Source: Eledone cirrhosa | Taxonomy: Eukaryota | DNA: 64,000 bases | Direction: 5' to 3' | Assembly (NCBI GenBank): GCA_964016885.1 | Contig: OZ024742.1 | Span: forward strand, 266,662,001-266,726,000 | In this document: piece by piece, positions 13,101 through 24,831 of the stretch | Numbering within the stretch: position 1 is the first letter of the stretch | Layout: each line of letters starts with the position of its first letter | Translations under genes and position numbers: made by a program | Notes under the pieces: generated by a model | Told to the model about the DNA's origin: nothing | Database searches by the model: none | Seen by the model: the letters and a program-made list of their open reading frames with translations, nothing else

Positions 13101-13594
13101 TGGCCTGGCAGTGCTACCGAGGAGCTTTGCCAGTTCGGGATAAACTCTACAGGCATGGAGGTGCCGTCATCCGGGCATGTCCGAGATGCGCGCAGGGCGA
13201 CGAAACCGTCCTGCACGCACTCGTCCAGTGTCCGAGCATTGCTGACTTGTGGGTTTATGTCGAACACCTGCTGTCACGTGTAGGACGGATCCAGCTATCA
13301 GCTGAGTCCATCGTGAGGATTGCCCCGCCCCCTTCCTTTAGCCTGGAAGGGCAGGCAGTTTTTATCTGTCTGGTGGCCATGCCGAAAGAGATAGTATGGT
13401 GGACACGTTTGAAAGGGCTGAAGACGAGCACTTACCTCTTCGGTGATGCCCTGATTAACCTTTTCAAATTTCATTTGAAAAGGAAAATCAGGGTAGAGAG
13501 GGAAGTGCTCTCTTCCCAGCATTTTGTTGAAAGGTGGGTGAGAGAAGCAAGTATGGCCCGAATGAATGGGCCTTCTCTGAGTATGTGTCTGTAA
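10174..13594 (+). CDS. Tx1-B ORF2 APE-RT-zinc finger polyprotein with a single frameshift near 12750
   Basis: 872-aa ORF 10174..12792 with the APE and RT motifs (YADD), continued by 12797..13594 (CPRCAQGDETVLHALVQC). Confidence 0.93.
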
Positions 13595-13836
13595 ATTAAA
13601 GGTGGAAAACTGGGAGAGGGCACTTGCCCTGGTGGTCAGGGCCACTGTGGTCTTTTAATGGGCTTTCTCCACAAATGTCCCTTGGAAGTCTCCCCGCTAT
13701 TGGGGAATTTTTCTTTGTTATTTTATTTCAACCTCTGTTTTTTTACACGCAGAAATGCCCATTTGTACCGTCCTGTATTGTCCTGTACTGTCCTTAATGT
13801 CTACTTTATGTGAACCCTTGTGGTTAATAAAGAAAA

Positions 13837-13837
<1 letters not shown>

Positions 13838-13893
<56 letters not shown>
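13838..13893. repeat. (ATT)n spacer
   Basis: Directly visible. Confidence 0.97.
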
Positions 13894-13894
<1 letters not shown>

Positions 13895-16232
13895 GTTGCA
13901 TTTATCTTGCTTTATGTTCATACGAGTTATCACCAAGTCACAACCAGTGACCTCAAGAGACAACAAGGTCCGCCATGTTCAAGAAAGAACATACATACAC
14001 ACATGCATCTTTAGGTGTTTAGACTTGTGATGTACTTATATTGACAGAATCTTCCTTAGTATATGGGCAGTTCCCATTAGTACTATCTTTTGTATTTCTC
14101 CTATGCACGGGTTTCCTGGGATTTGCAATAAGTAATCATTAGACCCCTTAGGTATCATTCCTAGAGCGCCTACAACCACTAGTATTGTTTTAGTTCTCAA
14201 TTTCCACATTTTTCCAATTTCTATCTCCAGGTCCTTATACTTGCTCAATTTTTCAAATGTTTTTATAGATACATTCTTGTCTATTGGAACGGACATATCA
14301 ATTAGCAGGCATACCCTCTTTTTAAAGTCCTTCAGTATTATATCAGGTCTATTTGCATCTATTTTTCGGTCTGTTTGGATGCTAAAGTTCCACAAGATTG
14401 AGATGTGATCTTTTTCAAGTATGGGAGGTGGTTGATGCTCCCACCAATTCTTTTGATGGGGCAGGTCAAAATGCTTACACATTATCCAATGTATGCATTG
14501 TGCAGCTTTGTCATGCCTGTTTAGGTATTCGGTTGGAGCTATAGGACTGCACATTGAAATTATATGATCAATGGTCTCTGGTTGATTTTTACATACACGG
14601 CATAATGGGTTGGTAATTTTTTGTTGGCAGATACTGATCTTGTGCTGATATAATCAGTCCTTCAATCTCCGATTTCAGTCCAGAGGATGCCAACCACTGA
14701 TGGGTTAAAGTTTTGTCAACATCAGGATTGTTAGCTGGTTCTGGGTATTTTCCATACAGAGGCTTTTCTTGCCATTTCTTAGCTAGTTTCTGTAGCAGTT
14801 CTTTCTTTGCAGTTACTTTTACCTGTTTTGCTTTTTCTGTGTTTTCCATTTCAGCAGTAAATGGTACTTCTGAAATGTGTAGTCCATTACTGTATCTTTG
14901 TGCATCTTTTCTAATGCTTTCGTGTTTCAAAACGAGTTTGATCATCCAATCATGTGATTCCCTTAGATATGTAGATAATCCAATTGTTGCAGTTTTCAAC
15001 GCAATATCTAACTGGATTAACCCACGTCCTCCTTCTTTCCTAGGGAGATATATTCTATCTGTATCTGCCTTAGGGTGATGCATTCTGTGCATTGAGAAGA
15101 ATTTTCTAATTTTTGTATCGAGCCTACGGATCTCTGTGCTTGACCAGTTGATGACATTGTAACTGTAGGTTACTACTGGTATGGCAAGCGTGTTTATGGC
15201 ATCGATCCTATTCCTTGCATTCAATTCTGTTCTTAAGATTGCTCTTACTCTGCAGTAACATTCCTTCCTTATCCTTTCCCCCATTGTCGAGTGCTTGATT
15301 CCGTCTCCTTCACAAACACCTAGATATTTGTAAGTTTCCTCTTGATCAAGTTCTCTTATCACATTCCCCCGATCAAGATTAATGTCTGAACTTTTCAGCA
15401 GCTTTCCTCTGATGAACGTTGCTTTGGCGAATTTATCTAGTCCAAACTCCATTTTAATGTCATCACTGAACTGCTCCACAGTGGATAATAGCCCTTGCAA
15501 TTGTTCATCATTTTTTGCAAATAGTTTCAGGTCATCCATGTAGAACAAGGGATTAATGGTTTTGTCATAGACTTTATATCCATGTTTTGTTTCATTGAGC
15601 ATTTTACTTAATGGTATAAGTGCGATGCAGAATAAAAGCGGTGATAAAGAGTCACCCTGAAAAATTCCACAATTAATATTAACTTCTCCAGCTTCCAGTG
15701 ATTCCTTTTCACTATTCAAAAGGAATGTCGTTTTCCATGTCTTCATACTGAATGACAAGAACCTCCTGACAACGGGAGATATTTTGAAAATCTCTAAACA
15801 TTTTTCAATCCAACTGTGTGGCAAACTATCGAATGCTTTTTTATAATCTATCCAAGCAATTGATAGATTTTTGTGTCTATTATGACAATCTTCCAGTATC
15901 ATTTTGTTAACCAAAAGCTGATCCTTACAGCCATGTGAGCCACGTTTACACCCTTTCTGCTCAATGGGAAATAGGTCATTTGTTGTCAGGTGGTCATATG
16001 TATATTCAGTTAGGACTGATTTTAAAATTTTATACATTGTGGTCAAGCAAGTTATCGGTCTGTAATTTTTGGGATTGTTTGTCTCATCATTCTTCGGAAG
16101 CAGGAATGTAATGCCGTTAACTAGCCATGATGGTATCTTTTCTGGCTCCTTAACTATTTCATTGTAAAGTTGGGCTAACAGCTCACGAGACTCTGTGAAG
16201 GCATTTATCAAAAAATTTGGTATTTTGAAGGC

Positions 16233-16234
<2 letters not shown>
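13894..16234 (-). mobile_element. 5'-truncated R4/Dong-like non-LTR retrotransposon (RT plus restriction-like endonuclease) in (TAA)n
   Basis: NYRPITC, DYKKAFD, GIFQGDSLSPLLF, YMDD, GGRGL; RHD..RPDII..LIDMSVP..KLSKYKDL RLE motif (14036..14554). Confidence 0.9.

Positions 16235-16277
<43 letters not shown>
16235..16277. repeat. (TTA)n spacer
   Basis: Directly visible. Confidence 0.97.
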
Positions 16278-17230
16278 GGGCACCAGTATCGGTGGAACAT
16301 CCACCTCGGCGTTCTATAGAGGACTAGTGGAGAGGAAGAGCGACGACGTTCTCGGAGAGATCCTGGGCGTCGAAGAAGATCAGCTGTTTGCTCTCTTCCG
16401 AAGAACTTTCAGCCCGGGGCCTATGGAAAACTTCCAGAAATCCCTGGCTTGGCAGTGCTACCGGGGAGCGTTGCCGGTTCGAGATAAGCTATACAGGCAC
16501 GAAAGTGCCGTCAGCCGAGCCTGTCCGAGATGCGCACAGAGCGACGAAACCGTCGTGCACGCACTCGTTCAGTGCCCGAGCATTGCTGACTTGTGGAGCT
16601 ATGTCGAACAGTTGCTGTCGAGTGTAGGCCCGATCCGGTTGTCGACTGAGTCCATTGTGCAGATGGTCTCGCAGTCTTCCTTCGAGGAGGAAGGGCAGGC
16701 AGTTTTCATCACGAGATTGTGTGGTGGACAAGATTGAAAGGGTTAAAGACAGACACTTTCCTCTTCGGCGAATCCCTGATTAACTTTTTCAAGTTTCACT
16801 TGAAGACGAAAATCAGAGTGGAGAGGCAAGTGCTGTCTTCTAGCAAGTTTATTGAAAGGTGGGTGAATGTAACGAGAATGGTCTGAGTGAACGGGACCAC
16901 TCTAAATATACGCTTGTAGTTTGAGGAATGGAAAAATTGAGAGAGGGCGCTTGGCCTGGTGGTTAGGGTGGCCGTGGTCTTTTGTGTGGTTTTCGCCACG
17001 AGTAACCCTCGGAGGTTTCCCTCCCTATTGGGGAATTTTTCATTGTTTGAATTTTCATTTTTATTGTTTATATATATATATATGTTTCTGTCTTTTTTTT
17101 TCTTTTTCGTTTCTTATATAAATAATAAAAATATTTACACGCACAAAACTCACATCGTACCGTCCTGTACCGTCCTGTGCCGTCTGTAATGTTTTTCTTA
17201 ATGTCAGCCCTTGTGGCCAATAAAGAAATC
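16278..17230 (+). mobile_element. 5'-truncated Tx1 family A copy (ORF2 C-terminus and 3'UTR)
   Basis: Closely similar to about 6974-7918; ends in the same ccttgtggccaataaagaaatc followed by (ATT)n. Confidence 0.93.
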
Positions 17231-17243
17231 ATTATTATTATTA

Positions 17244-20200
17244 GTGGCGATCTACGTAGGAAATCGTATTAACGTGAGTTCCACAAAGATTTGTTATTTT
17301 CAGTTGTTTCAAATTGCCAGTTATGGAAAATATTTGTTGTTAAGTGTTTATAAGTTCACATATATTGCTTTCTGAAAAGGACACTCAATAATATTGGGGC
17401 CTTGAGCCCAAAATTTAAACTTTTTATTAGGCTCGGCTGACGGCACTTTCGTGCCTGTATAGCTTAATTTCTTAAAAAAAAAAATATGGACGACAAATCT
17501 CCTGTTTTTAACAGACTAACATCACCCACCACCACCACTATTGTAAACCTTGCCACGGTTGCCAACGCTGAAAATATAATTAATAGCAGTCTCAATTATT
17601 TAGATTTGCCGCATACAGACATGGATTTCCCACCATTACCAACAACTACACGTGTTAAAGCCGCCATCCCCACTTTCACAATGTCAAAAAGAACAACCAA
17701 CACCACTGATACCACCACCACTACCACCACCACAGTGACAACAGAAACAAAAAAAAAATTATTATCTCGTGACATCGAAATGGATTCACTCAGAATCGAC
17801 TCTTCCACGCCGAACACAACTGACACCACCACCACCACCACCACCACCACCACCACCACCACCACCATCACCACCACCACCACCACCACCACCACCACCA
17901 CCACAACCACCACCACCACAACTGAAACTAAAAATAACAATAACAACAACAGCAACAACAACAACAATGAGAATACAACAACATCAACACCAGCGCAAAA
18001 CAAAATGTGTCGTTTGCCAAAGCAGCCAAGAAAATCGAAATAATCGAGGTAAGCCAGGATGAATTGAATGAAGCCAAGCGAATGCTAAAAAAGATGGGTA
18101 CAGGGTCAGCCTAACCCCCTCATCTAATAAAATGGAGCATCGGCGCCTATGCACCGTGTCATATCGGACGATAAACACAAAAATAACGCCGAGTGGAACG
18201 TGCATCCGAGTCCCAGATACAAAAAGGGACATGTGTGGGCAAAAACACTCCACATCAGACGTGGGCAGAAATATGGAACCGTGGACGTGTTCTTTGGAAC
18301 CCCACAGGAAGCCAGAAGAGCACTCCATGGCCCCATTAAGAAGTGAGGAGTTCACACTCGTCCCAAGCTATTGTGGTCAGAGACTCGTGAAGATCAGAGT
18401 GATCCACGTTCCGCCGGCCATCGAAATTCCCTGGCTAATGGCTGCCGTTCTCGCCGACATAAAGTCCAACACGAACATAATTGAGGTAACAAAAGAAAAG
18501 CAGGAGAACTGGTCCGGATCTGGGATGGAGCTCCTGATCCAAGCAAACCAAAAAAACATTGAGGAAATTCCAGAGTTGATAGACCTCAATGACGGCAGCC
18601 ACCTCACTGTAATCGTTAGAAGGCCTAGGTGTTTCGTTTGTGGCGAAGGAACCGACCTAAAGGCTTTCTGCCCTCATGCAAAAAGTTAAGGCCACATCTC
18701 CTACCTACCCCACTGACTCAACCATCAAAACCAGCAGCAGAAATGGCAGCAACAACTGTAGCAGCAACAACAGAAGCAACTGTAGCAGTAATGACCGCAG
18801 CAACTGTAGTAGCAACAGTAGCAAAACCACCACCACCACCACCACCCACCGCGCCAGAATTAGCACCAGCGCATCCACTATCCACCACGCCACAACCAAA
18901 ACCAACACCCGTGGAGGATTTTCCACTCCTCGACCTATAGCAACTGGAGATAGATTTTGACGACGAGGATGAGTGGGAAACTGTATCAGGAAAAAAGAAA
19001 AAAAAAATGAACCCAAAAAGAAAAAAATCCCCTTCCTTCACCCTCCAAAAACAAAATGCAGGGGGAAACACAAACAAAAAAGTTAAGACAGCTATGCCAC
19101 CACCCACACCAGCATAACCAGCCTCACCACCACAAACACCCAAACCATCACCATCATCACCCCCAACACCACCATCACCAACACCACAAAAAAACGCTAA
19201 CAAGCGAAACAGAAAAAATCCCATAACAAACGCAAACAAAACAAAGCAGCCAAACCGATACACACTATACAGCATTAAATTGGAACAACAACGAATTATT
19301 ACATTACATGCAGCACAACACCAGCATCACAGATAAAAACTATACAACACTCCAAAAATTCACACCACCCACACACATACAAAATACCCGTATCACGCAG
19401 AAAACATACACAACACTAAAATTAAAATTCCCCAAGGTCATCGGAGATTTCCGACAAACACTTTCCAGTAGGATATATAAAGACATCCTTCCGGATGGGG
19501 CCGCAAACACTCGGAAGGACGGAAAACCATCCTCCACAAGAAGTGAGGTCAGTGGTCTTTTCCCATCTTTTTCCACTTCTTTTCAACATGACCTTACTCA
19601 GAATAGGCAGCATAAATGCACGTGGCTGCCTGGGGTCATCATGGAAGCCGGATCACCTGCTCAACGACCCCAGGTCAATGAACATAGATGTGGTGGCCAT
19701 CAGCGAGACAAAAATTTCCGAGGCACATGCCTTCGCACACATCTTCGGCGGTTACAATGTGTACACATCTCCCAGCCCGCCGGAATTGGGAGGTGGAGTC
19801 ACTGTGTTGATATGGATCATTTTCCTGGACCCCGAAGGTAAGCCGGTGGTGCTGGACATGACCAGCAGCGAAGGCTATGCTTTTAGGCTAGTGGCTGTTT
19901 ATGCCTCGACAGGAGCAGGATGACCTGATTTCTTCAGGCGCCTGGAGACCTTCCTAGAAACGTCCCGCTCTTTAATATTAGTGGGCGATTGGAACGGGAT
20001 CTTGGATGTGGCAGAGTCGTGTCGTGCAACAAAGCCACGATCCGGTCGTTGGAGGACCACGACAGACGTTTGTTACTCGAACCCGAGCAAATGTGTGCGG
20101 ATTTTCAGCGGCACTTTGATCAGTTGTTCGGGGGCAGCGGTGGGTCGGATCGCAGGATGGAATTTAGCGCCTACCTTGACGGACTGTTGCGAAATGCCGA

Positions 20201-22405
20201 TAACAGCTGCTAAAATACGCGTAGCAATGACTGGCTGCACGATGGGTAAATCACCTGGTTTGGATGTTCTGCCCTACGAGCTTTATGTACACATGCCAGA
20301 CTTGTTCGGCGACTTCTTGGCGGACGTCTACTGCAGAATGGGAGAATTCCCAGCTCTGTGACCCGAGGAGCAGTAGCGCTACTGAGAAACGACTCAAACA
20401 GGGGGAAGAAGATAGATAATTTCAGGTTCATATCTCTGTTAAACGCAGAGTTCAAGATTTTGGCCAAGGTGCTAGCAAAGAGGTTGGCGCTTATTATCGG
20501 TGGTCTGGTGGGAGAGGCGAAGATATGTAACATTCCAGAGAGATCCATTCAGGGTAACCTCCACCTAATGCATACATCTTGGAAAAAGGTAGCTAACGAA
20601 CCTATCACGGGAGGGGCCTTCATTAATTTAGATCAGTCGAAAGCTTTCGATAGGGTCAACCATCGTTATCTGGCGGCGATTTGAGGGCGGCCGGCTTTGG
20701 GCCCGTCTTCTGAAGCTGGATCGCTGCCATGCACAGCGACATCTGCTCTGTGGTGAAAGTGAACGGTCACCTTTCTGAACCGTTCAACATCATGCGTTCT
20801 GTCCGCTAAGTATGCCTCCTTTCGTCCATGTTGTACGTATGACTCTCGAGCCATCTCTGCACAAACTGGAGACGTTGAGGGGCGTTCCGCGCGAACTGCG
20901 ATGCGGGAGAACGGTGTCAGCATATGCCGTCACCGTAGTGGTGTCGAATGCCAAACACATCGAGGTGATCGGCACTACACTAAGAGAATACGAGGCGGTG
21001 ACAGGAAAAGTCGGTGGGCCTGTGGATCGGCACCTGGAGAGGCAGGTCTATGGCATCCAACAGCGTCGTCGGGCGCTGGACGGACCGGATAAATTGCTAG
21101 GGCTCTGGTTCGTCTGGACCTCCAGAGGGACAACAATTGGGACGAGGTGACGATCAGGGTGGCCTCTCTCACCCAGAAATGGGCCGAGAGGAAGCAATCC
21201 CTGAAAAGTCGAGCGGAGGTGGCAAAGGCGTACATTGCGTACGTCATCTACTAACGTCTAACCGTCCTAACCCTCACTTGAAGTGCTGGAGCGTTTGCTC
21301 TTTCGCTTTTTGTGGAAGGGATGCGGTCAGATGGTCAGGCGGTCCATTTGCTGTCAACACCCGCTACATGGAGGGCTGAGCATGCCATGGTTGATAATGT
21401 GCAGACATGCGCTCAGGCTACGACATCTCCCGCTTTTCCTTGACGGTGATCAGGTGGGGTGGCGTTTGCTAGACACGTATTTCCCAGCTCGTCTCCTTGA
21501 CAGAGCTGCAGTCCTGGGTCAAGCGAAGACCGAGAAGGAGCACTTTGGTATTGGAATGTCTTCAGGCGCTCATAGCCCTTGACCAATCGGGCGATGTGAT
21601 CAGTAGAAACTCCACCTTGGCGTTCTATAGATGGTTAGTGGAAGGAAAGAGCCACAACGTCATTGGGCAGACTCTGGGCGTCGACGAAAATCAACTAACC
21701 AAACTCTTCGGGAGAACTTTCGGGCCGAGGCCCATGGACAACTTCCAGAAATCGTTGGCCTGGCTGTGCTACCGGGAAGCTTGCCAGTTCGGGATAAACT
21801 ATACTGGCATGGAAGTTCCGGGCTTGTGACGAAATCGTCCTGCACGCTCTCGCCAAGTGTCCTAGCTTTGCTGACTTGTGGGTTTATGTCGAACACCTGC
21901 AGTCGCGTGTAGGATGGATCCGGCTATCAGCTGAGTCCATCGTGAGGATTGCCCGCCGCCTTCCTTTAGCCGGGAAGGGCAGGCAGTCTTTATCTGTGGT
22001 GTGGTGAACGCGTTTGAAAGGGCTGAAGACGAGCTCTTATCTCTTCGGCGATACCCTGATTAACTTTTTCAAATTTCAGTGGAGAGGGAAGTGCTTCCTT
22101 CCCAGCTATTTGTTGAAAGATGGGTGAGAGATGCAAGCATGTCCCGAGTGAATGGGCCTGCTCTGAGTATGTACCTGTAGATTGGAGGTGGAGAACTGAG
22201 AGGGCTCTTGCCCGGTGGTCAGGGTCACCGTGGCTTTTTTAATGGGTTTTCTCCACGAATGTCTCTCGGAAGTCACCCCCTATTGGGGAATTTTCCTTTG
22301 TTTCTTTTTTGTCATTTTCATTGTTTTTTTCTTTACACGCAGAAATATCCTGTGTTGTCCTTAATGTTATATTTTATTTCAACCCTTGTGGTTAATAAAG
22401 TAAGA
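17244..22405 (+). mobile_element. Degenerate full-length Tx1 family B-related copy with internal deletions
   Basis: 5'UTR aligns with 7949 onward; fragmented ORF1 (ATG 17486, (ACC)n poly-Thr) and ORF2 (ATG 19588 to TAG 22180); ~650 bp deletion near 20008; (ATT)n at 17231-17243 and 22406-22427. Confidence 0.92.
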
Positions 22406-22894
22406 ATTATTATTATTATCATTATTAATTTATTTATCTCTTCCACACATTGATATCGTTTTGAATCCAACTACCGAATACGTTTTCAATATTTGTGAAA
22501 TGAATTATTACTTTAGTTGTATATAAAGCCATTCATCTGGTTTATCAATAGAGGCGTGTTTCAGTGAAAACACACCCCTATTGATAATACGGATTGGGTA
22601 TTGAATAGTCAGAAGTATATAAAGGTTTGACAGTTTTATGTTTGTGTGTGACTGGGTGTATGGAAATGATGATGTATGTTATGATAACGTAAACAATGTA
22701 AACTGACTTTCCTATATTTATACGAAAGTTAACTATGTTTTAAATAAAGAAGAAAATCCGAAATTTATTGAAATACTGAACACCATTTTTAAAAGGGATG
22801 CATATTGGTGAAATCGATAGAATAACTGTGAAAATACCTTGTGATATTTGGTTACGTTCACCAACGTTTTTAATTCAATTCTTACCGAGTTCAA

Positions 22895-23130
22895 CTTTGA
22901 ATTGGCAGACTAGTTAAAGCTTCGAAATAAATGCCTCAGTCTTTGTTCTGGCTCACTGGTTTCAAATCCCATAGAGGCCAACTTTCATCTTCGTCGTTTC
23001 GGGATCGATAAATAAAATACCATGGGAAGGGTAGTGGATTAGCGGAATTGTTAGAACGTTGGATGAAGTGCTTTGCTGTATCTGGCCCGGCTCTTTGCGT
23101 TCTATGTTAAAATCCGCATCCTCCGCTAGA
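22895..23130 (+). mobile_element. Two degenerate tRNA-derived SINE fragments
   Basis: tggcagactagttaaagc...tttcaaatccc..aactttcatc..gatcgataaataaaatacca, similar to the SINE at 23477. Confidence 0.55.
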
Positions 23131-23476
23131 TCTTCAAAACAGCAGGTAGCATCAGCAATAGAAAGACCAATGGAAATGTATTTTTTTGCTCTGGTCTGAC
23201 TATTGGCGCTCTCCCCTTCCTCTCCTGTGTTGACGTTGCAATTCATCATCTTAGTTTATTTGGAATAAATATTAGTGAATTACTGGGGCCAATATAATCG
23301 ACTATTCCATCCGTACACAATTTAAGGCTGTCGTAACTATATCTGAAATTCTTCTAAATAAGGCCTTGTAGTTGCAGAATCGAGATAGTGGTATTTAGAT
23401 ATGTAAACAATGAGTTCAAGCCTACTGTGATTAAATCTTACCATTCTTCTGAGGTCTAAAATTCATTATTTAATTA

Positions 23477-23668
23477 GGGCGGTGGATTGGCAGTATCGGT
23501 AGAGGGTCGGACACCATGCTTTGACGCATAGAGTTTCGGCCCTTGCCATTCTGAGTTCAAATCCCGCCGAGGTTAACTTTGTCTTTCATCCTTACGAGGT
23601 CGATAAAATAAAGTACCAGTAATACACTGGGTAATTGCTGGTCTTGTGCCAAAAGTAGAAACAATTAT
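23477..23668 (+). mobile_element. tRNA-derived SINE
   Basis: A-box-like tggcagtatcggtag, B box gagttcaaatcc, body ctttcatccttacgaggtcgataaaataaagtaccag; second copy inverted at 57941-58128. Confidence 0.85.
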
Positions 23669-24063
23669 TTAATGAATAAACTATGTGAGTTGAGGTTCAC
23701 TGAGAGACCTAGGTGTTCTAGATGTCAATGGTTGTTGATAACCACGTTGATAGACAGATATTGCTAAAGGGTTCATACTCATAGGAGGAATAATTGGAAA
23801 ACAACTTAGCGCATGTTATTTGTAATGATAGTCAAAAAGTTGGGTCAAAGCCCATGATATTCACAAGCCATCACAGATAAGTGAAATCCATACGGTGGTT
23901 GTACTGATGTGATCATTAGCATATGCCATGACATCCACAGGTTCTTCCAGACTAGTGAGGGTGATACGGTGTAGGCTCAGTAGAGGATATTTCTATGTCG
24001 ACATCTGATCGGAAGAATGGAAAAGGCTGAACTGTCCGTATTCTCATTGTCATTATTATATTA

Positions 24064-24141
24064 ATCTTCTTCTTCTTCTTCTTCTTCTTCTTCTTCTTCT
24101 TCTTCTTCTTCTTCTTCTTCTTCTTCTTTCCCCTTCTACTT

Positions 24142-24181
<40 letters not shown>

Positions 24182-24395
24182 GCAAAAACAGTAATAGTAG
24201 GGGAAAAGTAGCAGCAATAGTAGCAGAAGCTACAAAAACAGCACTACTACTAATACCCCCCCCCCCCCCACCACCACCACCACCATCACAACCATCACAA
24301 GCACCACCACCACCATAATCATTACCATCATCAACATCATCATCATTACCATGATGATGATGATGATGATGATGATAATCATCATCATCATCGTC
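24064..24395. repeat. Compound (CTT)n/(CAT)n/(CCA)n/(GAT)n microsatellite region
   Basis: Directly visible. Confidence 0.95.
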
Positions 24396-24741
24396 AATGT
24401 CATCACTAATTGGTCTGTAGGTGAATGCAGAAATGGTAAATGGTAAATTATGGGGTTGTATGGTATGCTATAATTATTTCAACAGGAAATCAAATTCCCT
24501 CAGCCAACTCAACCCACTGCTAAAGCAGCAGGTTCAGCGGGAAAAAGAAGGTCAACATAGCAGATTGCAATTTTTGAACATAACTTGGCATGAATCACTG
24601 CAGCAAGTAGATTGAAGTTTCTTCTCTACTGGAATAAAGAATTATTGTAACGGTAATATCGCTGTTATCAGAACGACATTACATATTTAATTGAACCAAT
24701 TACACATTCAGATTCTTACTACAATCAGTAGAATTTACCAG

Positions 24742-24831
<90 letters not shown>
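24742..24831. repeat. (TATC)n, left flank of Tx1-C
   Basis: Directly visible. Confidence 0.98.

Larger units (their letters stand above)
7949..13837 (+). mobile_element. Tx1/L1-clade non-LTR retrotransposon, family B, full length and nearly intact
   Basis: ORF1 and ORF2, 3'UTR with AATAAA at 13826, (TTA)n on both sides; 5'UTR homologous to that starting at 17244. Confidence 0.95.

Noticed and set aside
14589-16737. Apparent fusion ORFs crossing (TTA)n (571 aa minus, 180 aa plus) with poly-Ile 'signal peptides'; likewise 49486..50304 and 52056..52739
   Set aside because: Chance read-through across a microsatellite joining independent insertions.
20000-20200. Internal deletions in the degenerate Tx1-B copy as splicing products
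   Set aside because: Deleted segments, judged against intact B, do not start with GT and end with AG.
23477-23570. tRNA gene
   Set aside because: A/B boxes present but no cloverleaf; continues into a SINE body repeated at 57941.
23952-24030. Possible host terminal exon on the minus strand (pyrimidine tract, CAG, DVDIEISSTEPTPYHPH*)
   Set aside because: Too short, no recognisable homology and no partner exons; needs RNA-seq.
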